A stretch of 64,000 nucleotides of DNA from Gammaproteobacteria bacterium (GTDB lineage Bacteria > Pseudomonadota > Gammaproteobacteria > JAJDYQ01), in NCBI GenBank assembly GCA_022825085.1, contig JAJDYQ010000036.1:3007-67006 (forward strand), written 5' to 3'. This document shows positions 1-11,150 of this stretch, in pieces. The position numbers and the translations under genes were made by a program. The notes beneath the pieces are model-generated. The model did no database searches, had not been told where the DNA came from, and was given only the letters and a program-made list of their open reading frames with translations. Position 1 is the first letter of the stretch. Each line of letters begins with the position of its first letter.

Positions 1-177
1 CAGCGAGATCAGGGAACCGGAAAAGCCAATCACGGCGGAATGGATCAGAAGGGCATAGAGATCAAGATCAACACCATTTTCCTGCAACAGGCCGCCTATC
101 CCCAATAAGCTGAACGTGATGCTCAGGATAAACATGACAGCGATGTTTGTAGCCAGAAATAAACCAACTCTCATCAT
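1..177 (-). CDS. htpX: Membrane protease HtpX, N-terminal part only (gene runs off the left edge)
   Basis: Not in the ORF track because there is no stop inside the window. Reverse translation from ATGATG at 177-172 gives MMRVGLFLATNIAVMFILSITFSLLGIGG..., the N-terminal TM pattern I remember for E. coli HtpX (MMRIALFLLTNLAVM...). Confidence 0.7.
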   Translation of the reverse strand, partial: MMRVGLFLATNIAVMFILSITFSLLGIGGLLQENGVDLDLYALLIHSAVIGFSGSLISL

Positions 178-242
178 GGGTTGCACCTTTACAATACCGG
201 ACGCGCTGGATTATAGAGGCGCGACAGGCCTAATCAAGACCT

Positions 243-800
243 TCATTTAAGTCTCAGGACAATACTTTCAATATCATTGCTGTTCAAGCGATGGCGTGTT
301 GCCTCAAGGTGTCTGAGTGACTCAAAAGGCCCCAGCATGACGCGATGCCAAGTCTTGTTTCCATGAGTAACTTTTTCAATTCCGGCCTCCAGGCCAAGGA
401 TTGAAATGCTGGCACGTCGCCGCTCGGCATCCTCCGGCTTGCGGAAAGAGCCGGCTTGCAGCCGGTATGGTTTTGCCTTGTCGGTTGTGGTGCCTGCCGA
501 ACCTTCACGAATCTGTTGACTGATAGTATGCGGCTCCACGCGCTCCTCACGGCTGGGCAGCAGTTTGTAAAATTCAATGGGAAGACTTTCCAGGACATCT
601 TCTTCCGGCGTATTCACTTTCGCTTCTGTCAGGGTGGTATCGCTGTCGGGGTTGCCGGTCAGGTTTTCCGGGATAATCGTGCCACTCATAACCAGCCAGC
701 AGCCGAGTATGCCCACGATAACTCCTGATAATCCACTCTTCCAGCAGAATCCGCATTGCCGGTTATGTTCGGGCAGTCTGACTTTCTTTGGAGCGGGCAT
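243..800 (-). CDS. SPOR domain membrane protein (FtsN/DedD-like peptidoglycan binding)
   Basis: 185-aa ORF with one N-terminal TM helix (GVIVGILGCWLVM). The C-terminus is SPOR-like: YRLQAGSFRKPEDAERRRASISILGLEAGIEKV...WHRVMLGPF. Confidence 0.6.
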   Translation of the reverse strand: MPAPKKVRLPEHNRQCGFCWKSGLSGVIVGILGCWLVMSGTIIPENLTGNPDSDTTLTEAKVNTPEEDVLESLPIEFYKLLPSREERVEPHTISQQIREGSAGTTTDKAKPYRLQAGSFRKPEDAERRRASISILGLEAGIEKVTHGNKTWHRVMLGPFESLRHLEATRHRLNSNDIESIVLRLK

Positions 801-814
801 TCGAGATGGCTATG

Positions 815-2587
815 TCAGTCGCGGTGCATTGCATCCGGGGCACTGACGCCGATAATGCGCAGGCCGTTGCGGATGATCTGCTGTGCTGCCCTGATCAGAC
901 AGAGGCGGGCATTACGCAGGCGTTCATCATCAACTATAAACTGGTGGGCGTTATAACAGGAATGCAAAGCCTGGGCGAGTTCACGCAGATAATAAGTAAT
1001 CTGATGTGGTTCATGCCGGCTTCCTGCGTTGGCGATCAGCTCTGCATAATTGCACATGACCCGGATTAGCTCCTGCTCCTGCTCCTCGGCAAGACATTCC
1101 AGATTATTCAGGCCCTGTTCCATATTCCAATGCAGGCCACGCTCCTTCAGTTCACGGAATACACTGCTGACGCGGGCATGAGCATACTGGATGTAATATA
1201 CTGGATTCTTGTTAGATCGGGATTTTGCCAGATCAATATCAAAATCCAGATGCTGGTCTGGTCGGCGCATGACATAGAAAAAACGGGTAGCATCATTGCC
1301 GGCATTTTGGCGCAGCTCACGCAAGGTGACGAAATGACCGGAGCGGGTTGACATTCTGACCTGCTCACCGCCTTCATAAAGACAGGCGAACTGCACGAGC
1401 ATCACCTCTAGCTGATCCGGTTTGGCACCCAGTGCCGTCATGGCAGCCTTGACACGGGCGATATAGCCATGATGGTCGGCTCCCCAGATATTGATCAGGC
1501 GATCATAGCCACGCTCCAGTTTATTGATGTGGTAAGCGATATCCGAGGCGAAATAGGTATGCAGCCCGTTATGGCGTTGCACGACGCGGTCTTTTTCATC
1601 GCCATAGGTGGAAGACTTGAACCACAATGCACCATCGCGTTCTTCAATATTGCCGGACTCCAGTAATTGGTTAATCACCCCCTGAATGGAGTGGTTCTCC
1701 ATGAGAGAAGACTCCGCAAACCACTCATCATACTGCACACCGAACTCATGCAGGTCGCGTGCGATATTGGCGGTGACTTCCGTCAGTCCCTGTTGGTGTA
1801 CCAGCCGGTAGTGTTCTTCGCCGAGCAGAGACCGACAACGGCTGATCAGTGCATCAATGTATAACTCCCCATCATCGCCCGGCCCATCAGTGGGCAGGTC
1901 GGCAGTAACAGATTCAGCCGGATGACGGAACGCATCGCCATTTTCCCGATGCAGGGTCGCGCCTATATCCCAGACATAATCACCCTGATAGCCGCTTGCT
2001 GGAAAGGGCAGTTGTACACCGGCCAGCTCAAGGTAGCGTAGCCAGACACTGACCGCGAGTATATCCATCTGCCGTCCGGAGTCATTCACATAATATTCAT
2101 TGTGTACCGAATAACCGTTGGCCTGCAGCAGGCTGGACAAAGAAGCTCCATAGGCAGCTCCCCGGCCATGACCGATATGCAAAGGCCCGGTCGGATTGGC
2201 CGAAACAAACTCGATTAGAACCCTGGTGCCTCTGCCTGACTCATTGCATCCAAAGGTATCGCCCTGCTCCAGGATCTGATTGATGATACTGCTGACCGGA
2301 CCGGACTTCAGAAAGAAGTTAATAAATCCCGGCCCTGCAATTTCTGTTTTTTCCAGCCAGTCAACACCAGGCATGGAATCGACAATCCTGTGTGCCAGAT
2401 CGAGCGGACTCATATTGGCAGACCGGGCCAGTACAAGTGCGATATTGCTGGCCAGATCGCCATGAGATGGATCGCGGGAGCGCTCCACTTTCAGAGGAGG
2501 GATATGGTCAATGTCCAGGATGCCCTGTTCCCTGAGCTGGTTGACCGCTGCACTCAACAATTCAATAAGCCGATCTTTCACATTCAT
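815..2587 (-). CDS. argS: Arginine--tRNA ligase
   Basis: 590-aa ORF with the class I HIGH motif (ANPTGPLHIGHGRGAAYG). Full-length ArgS-like layout, including the C-terminal anticodon-binding region. Confidence 0.95.
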   Translation of the reverse strand: MNVKDRLIELLSAAVNQLREQGILDIDHIPPLKVERSRDPSHGDLASNIALVLARSANMSPLDLAHRIVDSMPGVDWLEKTEIAGPGFINFFLKSGPVSSIINQILEQGDTFGCNESGRGTRVLIEFVSANPTGPLHIGHGRGAAYGASLSSLLQANGYSVHNEYYVNDSGRQMDILAVSVWLRYLELAGVQLPFPASGYQGDYVWDIGATLHRENGDAFRHPAESVTADLPTDGPGDDGELYIDALISRCRSLLGEEHYRLVHQQGLTEVTANIARDLHEFGVQYDEWFAESSLMENHSIQGVINQLLESGNIEERDGALWFKSSTYGDEKDRVVQRHNGLHTYFASDIAYHINKLERGYDRLINIWGADHHGYIARVKAAMTALGAKPDQLEVMLVQFACLYEGGEQVRMSTRSGHFVTLRELRQNAGNDATRFFYVMRRPDQHLDFDIDLAKSRSNKNPVYYIQYAHARVSSVFRELKERGLHWNMEQGLNNLECLAEEQEQELIRVMCNYAELIANAGSRHEPHQITYYLRELAQALHSCYNAHQFIVDDERLRNARLCLIRAAQQIIRNGLRIIGVSAPDAMHRD

Positions 2588-2687
2588 CCTTGTGGTGAAA
2601 GTCCGACAGAATAATACACAGGAGGACGCCGGTCCCAGCCCGTTGCAGCCGATGCACGGGTATGGCAGCAGCGGTACCGGATGCGGG

Positions 2688-3158
2688 CTATCGGTAAGCC
2701 CCTGCTGTAATGAACTGGCTGAAAGTTTCGCACCAGACTACGGCGGTGGTGTAATCATCCGGGTCGATATTGTCCGGCATCTCCACAACAAAATTTTCAA
2801 ATGTTTTCACATCACCGACCTGTGCAGACCGACTTTTTATTGCCTTGAATTGTTCCGCGTCCTCGACATACTTTGGTGCGAGATACAACTTGTAATCAGG
2901 GCCGGGTGCCAGCTTGCCCATAAATGAAATGGTGTCCTGACCGATGGATAGAGAGCCATCTCCCCAATGAAAGGGATCGCTGCCTTTCAGATCTCGCCTG
3001 AATGTCGTGGTATAGCTTGCTCCCTGGGCGCTCCTGCTGACCTCGGCCTGATCGGGCCCCTTTGGTGCGATCAAAATGGGCAGTGTATAGATTCCGACAG
3101 CGAAGCCCAATGAGAAAACGGCCCCGTGTGAGATGAAAAGTAGAATCAATTTTTTCAT
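2688..3158 (-). CDS. DM13 domain-containing exported protein
   Basis: The ORF track starts at 3284, but a signal-peptide-like MKKLILLFISHGAVFSLGFAVG begins at the ATG at 3158. The C-terminal half fits the DM13 pattern (HWGDGSLSI...GKLAPGPDYKLYLAP...). Confidence 0.55.
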   Translation of the reverse strand: MKKLILLFISHGAVFSLGFAVGIYTLPILIAPKGPDQAEVSRSAQGASYTTTFRRDLKGSDPFHWGDGSLSIGQDTISFMGKLAPGPDYKLYLAPKYVEDAEQFKAIKSRSAQVGDVKTFENFVVEMPDNIDPDDYTTAVVWCETFSQFITAGAYR

Positions 3159-3214
3159 GTGTCTAAAAGCAGATGATTGTCGATGAACCATTGGAGCATA
3201 TTTGCCTCGGCGGT

Positions 3215-4861
3215 TCAACTGTCTCTGAAGAGGCTGCTGACCAGCAGCCCTATCCCGGCGATACCGACAAGGGCCGGGATCCATGGTGCCAGTGATGTTG
3301 TTGCCGGCAGAATAGCGGCACCGATGAACAGGCTGCTACCGGCAATAGCTCTGCTGCGTCTGTTGCCGTTTGCAGCAATATGACTTTTAATCTCCTGCAG
3401 AGCCTCATCGTGTCGGTCAGTTTTCAGCTTCCCTTCATTGGCCTGTTTTAGAAACTCATGGGCCAGCAGGGGCAGTTGCGGAAGCTTCTCTCCCCACAAC
3501 GGCAGGTCATGTCTGAGTTGCCTTATCAGGGCACGATATCCGACCTGATCTCGCATCCAGCTTTCCAGAAAAGGTTTGGCGGTAACCCACAAATCCAGCT
3601 CGTCATATAATGTCCGTCCCAGGCCCTCTATATTTAACAGGGTTTTTTGTAACAGCACCAATTGTGGCTGTATTTCCATATTGAAGCGGCGGGCAGTTTG
3701 AAACAGACGCAATAACAACTGACCGAAGGAAATATCTTTTAGCGGCTTTTCAAAAATGGGCTCACAGACAGTACGTATTGCGGCCTCGAACTCATCGACA
3801 CGGGTATCCTCCGGCACCCAGCGTGAATCCACATGCAGTTGTGCCACACGGAAATAGTCACGCTCAAAGAAAGCGATAAAATTCTCGGCCAGATAACGTT
3901 TATCAGAAAGTGACAGGCTGCCCATAATGCCGAAATCCACGGCCATATAGCGCGGCTTTTCCGGATCCCTGACATCGACAAAGATATTGCCCGGATGCAT
4001 GTCTGCATGAAAAAAATTATGGGAAAACACTTGTGAGAAAAAAATTTCCACACCACGTTCAGAAAGTTCACGGAAATTGACGCCGGCGGTGCGCAGGGCA
4101 TCCATGTCGCCTATAGGCACACCACGAATCCGCTCCATGACCATCACATCCCTGCGGCAGAAATCCCAATACACCTCCGGCACATAAAGTAAATCTGAAC
4201 CCTCAAAATTACGCTTTAATTGTGCAGCGTTGGCGGCTTCTCGCATCAGATCAAGCTCATCCATCAGGGTTTTTTCATACTCCTGCACGACCTCGATGGG
4301 CCGCAGGCGTTTACCCTCGCTCCAATAACGGTTGGCCAGTCTGGCAATGGTATAAAGGATGCTCAGATCATGCCTGATCCAGCGCTCAACATCGGGCCGT
4401 AATACCTTGATGACTACCTCACGACCATCTTTCAGCCGGGCCGTATGTACCTGAGCGATAGAAGCCGAAGCCAGAGGTACCTCGCTGAACTCATCGAATA
4501 ACTGGTCAATCGGCTGCTTCAGGCTGCTCTCGATAATGGCCCGTGCCTGATTGCCTGGAAACGGAGGTACCCTGTCCTGCAACAATGCCAGCTCCTCGGC
4601 AATGCCGGAAGGTAACAGATCCCGACGAGTGGAAAGCATCTGCCCGAACTTGATAAAGATCGGCCCAAGATCTTCGAGTGCCCTGCGAATTCGCTTGCCG
4701 AGGGTCTCCTTGTGGTGAGAGAACCAATTCCAGGGCGCAGCATGGACAAGAAAGTGTAAGGGCCTGAGGATATGCGTCTCCAGCACAATCTCATCCAGAC
4801 CGTGCCGAACCAGAATACGATTAATGAAAACCAGACGAAAAAACTGTCTCAGGCCGAGCAT
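3215..4861 (-). CDS. ubiB: Ubiquinone biosynthesis regulatory kinase-like protein UbiB
   Basis: 548 aa with an ABC1/UbiB kinase-like core (ASIAQVH, FFHADMHPGNIF) and C-terminal TM helices. It sits downstream of ubiE-ubiJ. Confidence 0.9.
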   Translation of the reverse strand: MLGLRQFFRLVFINRILVRHGLDEIVLETHILRPLHFLVHAAPWNWFSHHKETLGKRIRRALEDLGPIFIKFGQMLSTRRDLLPSGIAEELALLQDRVPPFPGNQARAIIESSLKQPIDQLFDEFSEVPLASASIAQVHTARLKDGREVVIKVLRPDVERWIRHDLSILYTIARLANRYWSEGKRLRPIEVVQEYEKTLMDELDLMREAANAAQLKRNFEGSDLLYVPEVYWDFCRRDVMVMERIRGVPIGDMDALRTAGVNFRELSERGVEIFFSQVFSHNFFHADMHPGNIFVDVRDPEKPRYMAVDFGIMGSLSLSDKRYLAENFIAFFERDYFRVAQLHVDSRWVPEDTRVDEFEAAIRTVCEPIFEKPLKDISFGQLLLRLFQTARRFNMEIQPQLVLLQKTLLNIEGLGRTLYDELDLWVTAKPFLESWMRDQVGYRALIRQLRHDLPLWGEKLPQLPLLAHEFLKQANEGKLKTDRHDEALQEIKSHIAANGNRRSRAIAGSSLFIGAAILPATTSLAPWIPALVGIAGIGLLVSSLFRDS

Positions 4862-4966
4862 ACGGTGTCAGCCTCGGTCCATTCAGGCGGGAGTTTTATG
4901 ATGCGACTCTTTTCAGAAAGGTCTTGAATATCAGGCCCCTGTGTCAGGTCTATATCCGTCACCGGT

Positions 4967-5566
4967 TTATAATCCATCGCTACCAATCCGGTGATGTAAT
5001 CGTTGTACACGCATTGCAAAGCGTTCGACATCCGCCCGCAGCTCATCGACACCACGGACAAACTGCTCAACTTCATCCCTGACAGGCAGCTGTCGAGTCT
5101 CGGTCTGTAGATAATCTCTCAGGTCTTCGGCAAAAGCCTGTTTGGCTTGTCCCCCCCACTGTCGGCAATAACGAATTGTTTCACCGATATGAAAAGCGAT
5201 GGCATCCCCGGTATAGCGGGATAACCATTCCTCCCAGTCAAGATCAATGCCCTGCAGTAAATCTCCGAATGCCCGAGCGGCCTGCAGATCGCCGTCGAAT
5301 CGGAGATCGCGAGTATTGTTGCCGGAACCTGCACTGGCCAGGGCCAGTGGTGTGCCGGATATAGTGGCATCAGCACACTGCTCGAATTCATCCAGCAAAA
5401 TAACGTGGTCAGCAGTGAACCGGAAGAACAATGCCAGATCGACACCGGTCAGGTTAAGGCAGATACACCGACCATCCAGAGCGGGACAGATCAGGTCGGG
5501 TTGCTCCATAAGCAAACGATTAAAAGTGGCTTCAATACCAGCGAGGATAACGCCGGGCAGTTTCAA
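4967..5566 (-). CDS. ubiJ: Ubiquinone biosynthesis accessory factor UbiJ (SCP2-like)
   Basis: 199 aa located between ubiE and ubiB as in E. coli yigP. It has an N-terminal SCP2-like region and a C-terminal amphipathic helix. There is a 4-nt overlap with ubiE. Confidence 0.7.
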   Translation of the reverse strand: MKLPGVILAGIEATFNRLLMEQPDLICPALDGRCICLNLTGVDLALFFRFTADHVILLDEFEQCADATISGTPLALASAGSGNNTRDLRFDGDLQAARAFGDLLQGIDLDWEEWLSRYTGDAIAFHIGETIRYCRQWGGQAKQAFAEDLRDYLQTETRQLPVRDEVEQFVRGVDELRADVERFAMRVQRLHHRIGSDGL

Positions 5567-6336
5567 AACCGGTAACCCCGATGTACGGCGACGATGCCGC
5601 CTGCCAGATTATAGAACTGACAGCTCTCAAAGCCGGCTTCCTGCATCATGCACTTCAGTGTCTCCTGATCCGGGTGTCGTCGGATAGATTCTGCCAGATA
5701 GCGATAACTCTCTTCATCGCCGGCGATAGTCCGGCCCATTTTGGGCAGCACAGAAAAGGAATATAAATCATATAACCGGCTCAATCCCGGCACAGTGGGT
5801 TTTGAAAACTCCAGCACCAGCAAGCGCCCTCCCGGTTTCAGGCAGTGATACATGGAACGCAGAGCATTTTGCTTTGCCGTGACATTGCGCAGACCAAAGC
5901 CAATAGTAATGACATCAAAAAAGCGATCCGGGAACGGCAATGACTCGGCATCGGCCAGTACATATCTGACATTGCCGCTGATGCCCTCATCAATCAGACG
6001 GTCACGACCATTGCTGAGCATGGCAGGATTAATATCGGCAACGACCAGTTCGCCGTTATGGCCGATTGCCGACCACATGCGGGCAGCCAGATCGCCGGTA
6101 CCACTGGCCAGATCCAGCACGCGGTTGCCCGGCTTGAGCTGGCACAGGCTGACAGTAAAACGCTTCCAGAGACGATGCAGGCCACAGGACATGATATCGT
6201 TCATTACATCATATCTGTCGGCGACAGAATCAAAGACCTGCTTTACCCGCCGGGATTTTTCATCGTAGGGCACATCCTCGTAGCCGAAATCGACATAGCA
6301 TTTTTTGTCTGTAGCATCAACCATTTGACACAGCAT
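5563..6336 (-). CDS. ubiE: Demethylmenaquinone/ubiquinone C-methyltransferase UbiE
   Basis: SAM-binding motif [11 protein letters not shown] and full-length UbiE/MenG-like sequence. The true start may be a few codons inside (MVDATDKK). Confidence 0.9.
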   Translation of the reverse strand: MLCQMVDATDKKCYVDFGYEDVPYDEKSRRVKQVFDSVADRYDVMNDIMSCGLHRLWKRFTVSLCQLKPGNRVLDLASGTGDLAARMWSAIGHNGELVVADINPAMLSNGRDRLIDEGISGNVRYVLADAESLPFPDRFFDVITIGFGLRNVTAKQNALRSMYHCLKPGGRLLVLEFSKPTVPGLSRLYDLYSFSVLPKMGRTIAGDEESYRYLAESIRRHPDQETLKCMMQEAGFESCQFYNLAGGIVAVHRGYRF

Positions 6337-6349
6337 GAAATAGAACTTG

Positions 6350-6718
6350 CTAAAGCTCCGGATGCTTATGCCCGGCCGCCTTTAATGCAGCCAGATATTT
6401 CTGCCAGTTACTGTTCTGATTCGTGCCCAGGCTATAAAGCCAGTCCCATGAAAAAATACCGGAATCATGTCCATCATCGAACACAATGCAGACCGCATAG
6501 CGGCCTACGGGTTCGATTTTCTCGATTTTTATATCCCTCTTGCCGATTTGTAATTTGTAAGATTCTGGCCCATGGCCCTGGACCTCTGCGGAAGGCGAAT
6601 GCGTGCGCAGATATTCTGCTGACAGTTCAAATACACTGCCTTCATCAAAACTGACGGTGAGCAACCTTGTTGCAGCATCATAATTCAATTCGGTAGGAAC
6701 AGGGCTATTGCTGGACAT
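6350..6718 (-). CDS. DUF971 (gamma-butyrobetaine hydroxylase-like N-terminal domain) protein
   Basis: 122 aa with the typical DUF971 pattern ([19 protein letters not shown]...[27 protein letters not shown]). Confidence 0.7.
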   Translation of the reverse strand: MSSNSPVPTELNYDAATRLLTVSFDEGSVFELSAEYLRTHSPSAEVQGHGPESYKLQIGKRDIKIEKIEPVGRYAVCIVFDDGHDSGIFSWDWLYSLGTNQNSNWQKYLAALKAAGHKHPEL

Positions 6719-6729
6719 AATGACTGGCT

Positions 6730-8064
6730 CTATAAAATATAACGACTGAGATCTTCGTCCCTGGAAAGCCCGGACAAATTATGATCAACAAATGTACTGT
6801 CAATGCAAATCAGGGCTCCTTCCATATCCGATGCCTTGAACGAAACATCCTCAAGCAGGCGCTCCATAACAGTATGCAGGCGGCGGGCCCCGATATTTTC
6901 AATTCTTTCATTAACGGAATAGGCTACCTCAGCGACCTGGCGAACACCATCCTCGGCAAACTCGATATTGACTCCCTCAGTGGCCATCAGAGCAACATAC
7001 TGCTCGGTCAGGCTGGCATCCGGTTCAGTCAGGATTCGCACGAAATCCTCTGTTTTCAGTGCATCGAACTCGACCCGGATGGGCAGGCGGCCCTGCAGTT
7101 CGGGGATAAGGTCAGAGGGTTTGGAAAGCAAAAATGCGCCGGAAGCGATGAACAACACATGATCAGTCTTCACTATGCCGTATTTGGTGTTGACAGAACA
7201 ACCTTCAACCAATGGTAACAGATCGCGCTGTACACCTTCGCGGGATACATCCGGCCCATTTTGTCCGCCGTGTCTGGCTACCTTGTCGATTTCGTCGATG
7301 AAGACAATACCGTTCTGCTCTACATTTTCCAGTGCATGAAGCTTGATTTCCTCTTCATTGACAAGTTTGGCGGCCTCGTCATCCTGCAACAACTGACGGG
7401 CATTGGAGACTTTCAGGCGCCGGTTGGACTTCTTTGTATTAGACAGATTCTGGAACATACCCTGTAACTGACTGGTCATCTCTTCCATGCCAGGTGGTGC
7501 CATGATCTCCACGCCGATGGTTGTTCCGGAGACCTCAATCTCAATCTCCCTGTCCTCCAGCTCACCGCGATGCAGCTTGGAACGAAACTTCTCGCGGGTT
7601 GTATTATTCGGTCCATGGTCGTCGATATTATCAAAGCCCGGTGCATGGGGTGTGGGCAGCAAGGCATCAAGTATGCGTTCTTCGGCTTTGGCCTCGGCCT
7701 GCTTCCTGACATTTTCCATGGCGCTTTCGCGTGTCTGTTTTACTGCGACATCGACAAGGTCACGGATGATTGAATCAACTTCTTTGCCGACATAGCCAAC
7801 TTCGGTGAACCGGGTTGCTTCCACCTTGATGAATGGGGCATTTGCCAGTTTTGCCAGACGGCGGGAAATCTCTGTTTTGCCGACGCCGGTAGGCCCGATC
7901 ATCAGGATATTCTTGGGAGTGATTTCATTACGCAGCTCTTCATCAAGCTGCAAACGGCGCCAGCGGTTGCGCAGAGCGATAGCCACAGCACGTTTGGCGG
8001 CCTCCTGACCGACAATATGTTTATCGAGCTCGGTGACAATCTGTTTGGGATTTAATTCAGACAT
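6730..8064 (-). CDS. hslU: ATP-dependent protease ATPase subunit HslU
   Basis: Walker [13 protein letters not shown] and full-length HslU similarity. I take the start at [10 protein letters not shown] (8064) rather than the longest ORF (8121). Confidence 0.95.
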   Translation of the reverse strand: MSELNPKQIVTELDKHIVGQEAAKRAVAIALRNRWRRLQLDEELRNEITPKNILMIGPTGVGKTEISRRLAKLANAPFIKVEATRFTEVGYVGKEVDSIIRDLVDVAVKQTRESAMENVRKQAEAKAEERILDALLPTPHAPGFDNIDDHGPNNTTREKFRSKLHRGELEDREIEIEVSGTTIGVEIMAPPGMEEMTSQLQGMFQNLSNTKKSNRRLKVSNARQLLQDDEAAKLVNEEEIKLHALENVEQNGIVFIDEIDKVARHGGQNGPDVSREGVQRDLLPLVEGCSVNTKYGIVKTDHVLFIASGAFLLSKPSDLIPELQGRLPIRVEFDALKTEDFVRILTEPDASLTEQYVALMATEGVNIEFAEDGVRQVAEVAYSVNERIENIGARRLHTVMERLLEDVSFKASDMEGALICIDSTFVDHNLSGLSRDEDLSRYIL

Positions 8065-8104
8065 AATGACACATTCCTTGAGGTGTCGGGGCCATAATAG
8101 TGAC

Positions 8105-8641
8105 CTATCCCAATTCCTCAATCGTCAGGCTGGAGTTGGTATAGACACAAATACCGGCGGCGACGTTCAGGCCCTTTTCCACAATAGTACGCGCCGGCAG
8201 CTCTGTATTCTCAAACAGTGCGACAGCCGCAGACAAAGCGAACATGCCACCGGAACCGATAGCCATAATATCATTTTCGGGCTGAATGACATCACCATTA
8301 CCGGAAATAACCAGAGATGCCTCAAGGTCAGCGACAGCCAGCATTGCCTCCAGTCGTCTCAGCATACGATCAGTTCGCCAATCCTTGGCCAGCTCGACCG
8401 CAGCCCTTAACAAATTCCCGCCATGGGTGTCCAGTTTGCCCTCAAAGCGTTCAAACAAAGTAAAGGCATCGGCGGTGCCACCCGCAAATCCGGCAAGCAC
8501 TTTTTCATTATACAGGCGGCGTACCTTGCACGCATTACCCTTCATAACAGTACTGCCTGCCGAGACCTGTCCGTCTCCGCCGACGGCGACCCGACCATCG
8601 CGGCGGACAGACAGGATAGTAGTGCCTTGAAATGGTTCCAT
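8105..8641 (-). CDS. hslV: ATP-dependent protease subunit HslV
   Basis: [22 protein letters not shown]... is collinear with E. coli HslV. The start is taken at MEPFQG (8641), giving a short propeptide before the catalytic Thr. Confidence 0.95.
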   Translation of the reverse strand: MEPFQGTTILSVRRDGRVAVGGDGQVSAGSTVMKGNACKVRRLYNEKVLAGFAGGTADAFTLFERFEGKLDTHGGNLLRAAVELAKDWRTDRMLRRLEAMLAVADLEASLVISGNGDVIQPENDIMAIGSGGMFALSAAVALFENTELPARTIVEKGLNVAAGICVYTNSSLTIEELG

Positions 8642-8784
8642 ATATTGAATGTCCCGGATACAAAGGGGAGGCATTCTACATGAAAGTGTACAACCCGGAC
8701 ACAGCGGTGGAATGCCTTGTATCTCTCTGGAATTTTTATCAGAAAACCAGCGGGGCGGTCATGCGGATTGAACGGGCAATGCCA

Positions 8785-10569
8785 CTATCTGACGGTGTCA
8801 TCCGCCATGCTCAGAGGCAGCGTAATCCAGAAAGAACTTCCCTCGCCGGGTACGCTCGACATGTCAATTTCACCGTCCATCATCTCCAGCAGCTTCTGCG
8901 TCACCGCCAGACCGATACCCGTACCTTCAATGCCGGAAATATGGTCAATTCCGGCCCGCTCAAACGGCTGAAATATGGATGACTGCTTCTCTTTTGCTAC
9001 GCCTTTTCCGGTATCTGAAATAGTGATGCGCAGCCGTCTATCGCGGGTCTGCTCAGAGACGACCGTAACCGAACCATTGATCCGATTATATTTGATCGCA
9101 TTAGACAACAGATTGATCAATATCTGCTTCAGTCGTCGTCTGTCGGCCTGCAATGCGGTTTCCCCGTCATTCGAGAACCGGCTGCTGATTTGGATATTCC
9201 CTTTTTCAGCAAGTGGGCGGGTCAGCTCGATACATTCCATGACAAGCGGCTCGATATCGACTGACTCGCTCTCCACCTCAAAATGCCCGGCCTCGATTTT
9301 GGACAGATCCAGGACATCATTGATCAGTGCCAGCAGATGCTCTCCGGCCACAAGAATCTGCCGTACTGAAGCGATATTTTCCTCATCCTGCAGGCTCATT
9401 TCGAGCAACTGGGAAAAACCCAGAATAGCGTTCAGGGGGGTGCGTAACTCATGGCTCATACTCGACAAAAACTCAGACTTGGCCCGGTTGGCCGACTCGG
9501 CCTCATCCCGTGCATTAATGAGCATCTGCTCATACTGCTGGCGTTCTGTCATATCGCGTAACAGACAGGAAATAATGATTGTATCCCTCAATTTTATTGG
9601 TGTTGTGACCAGCTCAACCATAAATTGATGACCGTCGTGATGAGTGGCAGTGGTTTTGATATGCCGGGAAGCTCTGGTATCAATCTCCGGCAAAGTCAGC
9701 AGCTCACTGATCTTGCGATGCTGGAGTTCCGCGCCCTGATAGCCGAACAGCCTCTCTGCGGCGGTATTGGAAAGCAGCACACTGCCCTGATTGTCCAGAG
9801 TAATCAGGGCGTCAGCCATATCCGACAACAGATTCCTCTGGAAAATACTGCTGTACTCCAGATGCTTTCCTTTCTCAATGGCTTCCAGCCGGGTCTTGAT
9901 ATTAGTCAGAGTGACGTTATAGACCCTCAGGGCGGTGAGAGAGAGAAACAGGATGGAATAGGACAACACCGCCGCCAGAGCATAATTCAGGTACCCGCCT
10001 TGTAGCAGCATCATGATATCAAGTGGCAGTATGGTCAGGACAATAAGAGCGACCGACGGCTGCCACTGAAAGGCATGTGTTGCCACCGCGCCGGCACTGA
10101 TAGCGAACACAGTAAAGGCCAGGGCAACCTGCAATACGGCGGAGCTATCAGTAAAAAACCACAAGGCCCCCAACCCCCAGATAAGACCCGACACGACCGC
10201 CCCGGACATAAACAGTCTCTGCCAGACCGTGTCGGAAAACCGGGAAGCCTCCTTGCTGAATAAAAACGCGAACAACAACCGGCTACAGGACACAGCCATC
10301 AGCATCACAAGCCAGACTAACAGTTCATTATGCGACGAGAATGGCCACATAAAGGTCACAAACAAGAAGCCGGCGACAATATTGCTGAAGCCGCTGATAA
10401 ACAGCGATTTGTAAAGCAGAGCTATCTGCTCATGCAGTACATCGCGCTGATGGGTCTCGCCGGACAAATCATAATCGAAAGGCCGCATGGATAGATGACC
10501 AGGCATTTCAGCCGGGCTATCGTGAAGAACTGTATTGGCCACATCTGCACCATTGTGTTCAGAGACCAT
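8785..10569 (-). CDS. Membrane sensor histidine kinase with PAS domain; no response regulator adjacent
   Basis: N-terminal multi-TM region, then a PAS-like segment, an H-box SHELRTPLNAILGF and HATPase_c motifs (NAIKYN, DTGKGV, GTGIGL). Confidence 0.85.
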   Translation of the reverse strand: MVSEHNGADVANTVLHDSPAEMPGHLSMRPFDYDLSGETHQRDVLHEQIALLYKSLFISGFSNIVAGFLFVTFMWPFSSHNELLVWLVMLMAVSCSRLLFAFLFSKEASRFSDTVWQRLFMSGAVVSGLIWGLGALWFFTDSSAVLQVALAFTVFAISAGAVATHAFQWQPSVALIVLTILPLDIMMLLQGGYLNYALAAVLSYSILFLSLTALRVYNVTLTNIKTRLEAIEKGKHLEYSSIFQRNLLSDMADALITLDNQGSVLLSNTAAERLFGYQGAELQHRKISELLTLPEIDTRASRHIKTTATHHDGHQFMVELVTTPIKLRDTIIISCLLRDMTERQQYEQMLINARDEAESANRAKSEFLSSMSHELRTPLNAILGFSQLLEMSLQDEENIASVRQILVAGEHLLALINDVLDLSKIEAGHFEVESESVDIEPLVMECIELTRPLAEKGNIQISSRFSNDGETALQADRRRLKQILINLLSNAIKYNRINGSVTVVSEQTRDRRLRITISDTGKGVAKEKQSSIFQPFERAGIDHISGIEGTGIGLAVTQKLLEMMDGEIDMSSVPGEGSSFWITLPLSMADDTVR

Positions 10570-10694
10570 CTGGGTACACTTCCAACGACCAAGCCCGATC
10601 GCCGGGTCAGGGTAGATACTTGGAGAGGACGACTACAAAGCCTGTGACTGTTGCCGGGTCGCCGAACAATCGCCGGCGCAGTGCCATCATGTAC

Positions 10695-10973
10695 TTATAA
10701 CAGCGCATCTCTGATACCGGTTGCCTCATCCTTAAGCTCAATCCTCAGCTCGCCCGCTTTTGCCCTGACTTCAATGATCCCGGCTTTCAGCTCAAGTTGG
10801 GCTGCTGCCATTCCGGCTCTCACTTCTGATCGTGGTTCAGCGATATCGATTCGTGTGGTCGCTACCTCGGTTTTGTGATACTCCACCAGATCTTCTGCCA
10901 AGGTGCGGATCTGTTCCTCAGGCATGCCGAACCTGTCCAGTGCATCATAAATTTCCGACTGAATAATATTCAC
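10695..10973 (-). CDS. Hypothetical small coiled-coil protein
   Basis: 92-aa ORF rich in heptad-like E/K/A repeats. I recognise no motif. Coding status rests only on ORF length and isolation. Confidence 0.35.
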   Translation of the reverse strand: MNIIQSEIYDALDRFGMPEEQIRTLAEDLVEYHKTEVATTRIDIAEPRSEVRAGMAAAQLELKAGIIEVRAKAGELRIELKDEATGIRDALL

Positions 10974-11150
10974 ATTAAGCCTTATGCTGCCATTAATATA
11001 CTGGTAGCTTATTATTCTAGCATAAAACGGGTATTATGTACCTTCGCCCCTGAACTAATCAGGATCGGGTTCGGGAATAACGATGTTGCAAATCAAAGAA
11101 CCAGCCAGTACAGCATATGGTTGGCAGGCAGTTCCCCCTTTCTCTAATAG

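Noticed and set aside
4849-5076. 75-aa ORF spanning the ubiJ-ubiB junction
   Set aside because: It overlaps the ubiJ 3' end and the ubiB start in other frames. The two flanking genes fully account for the region.
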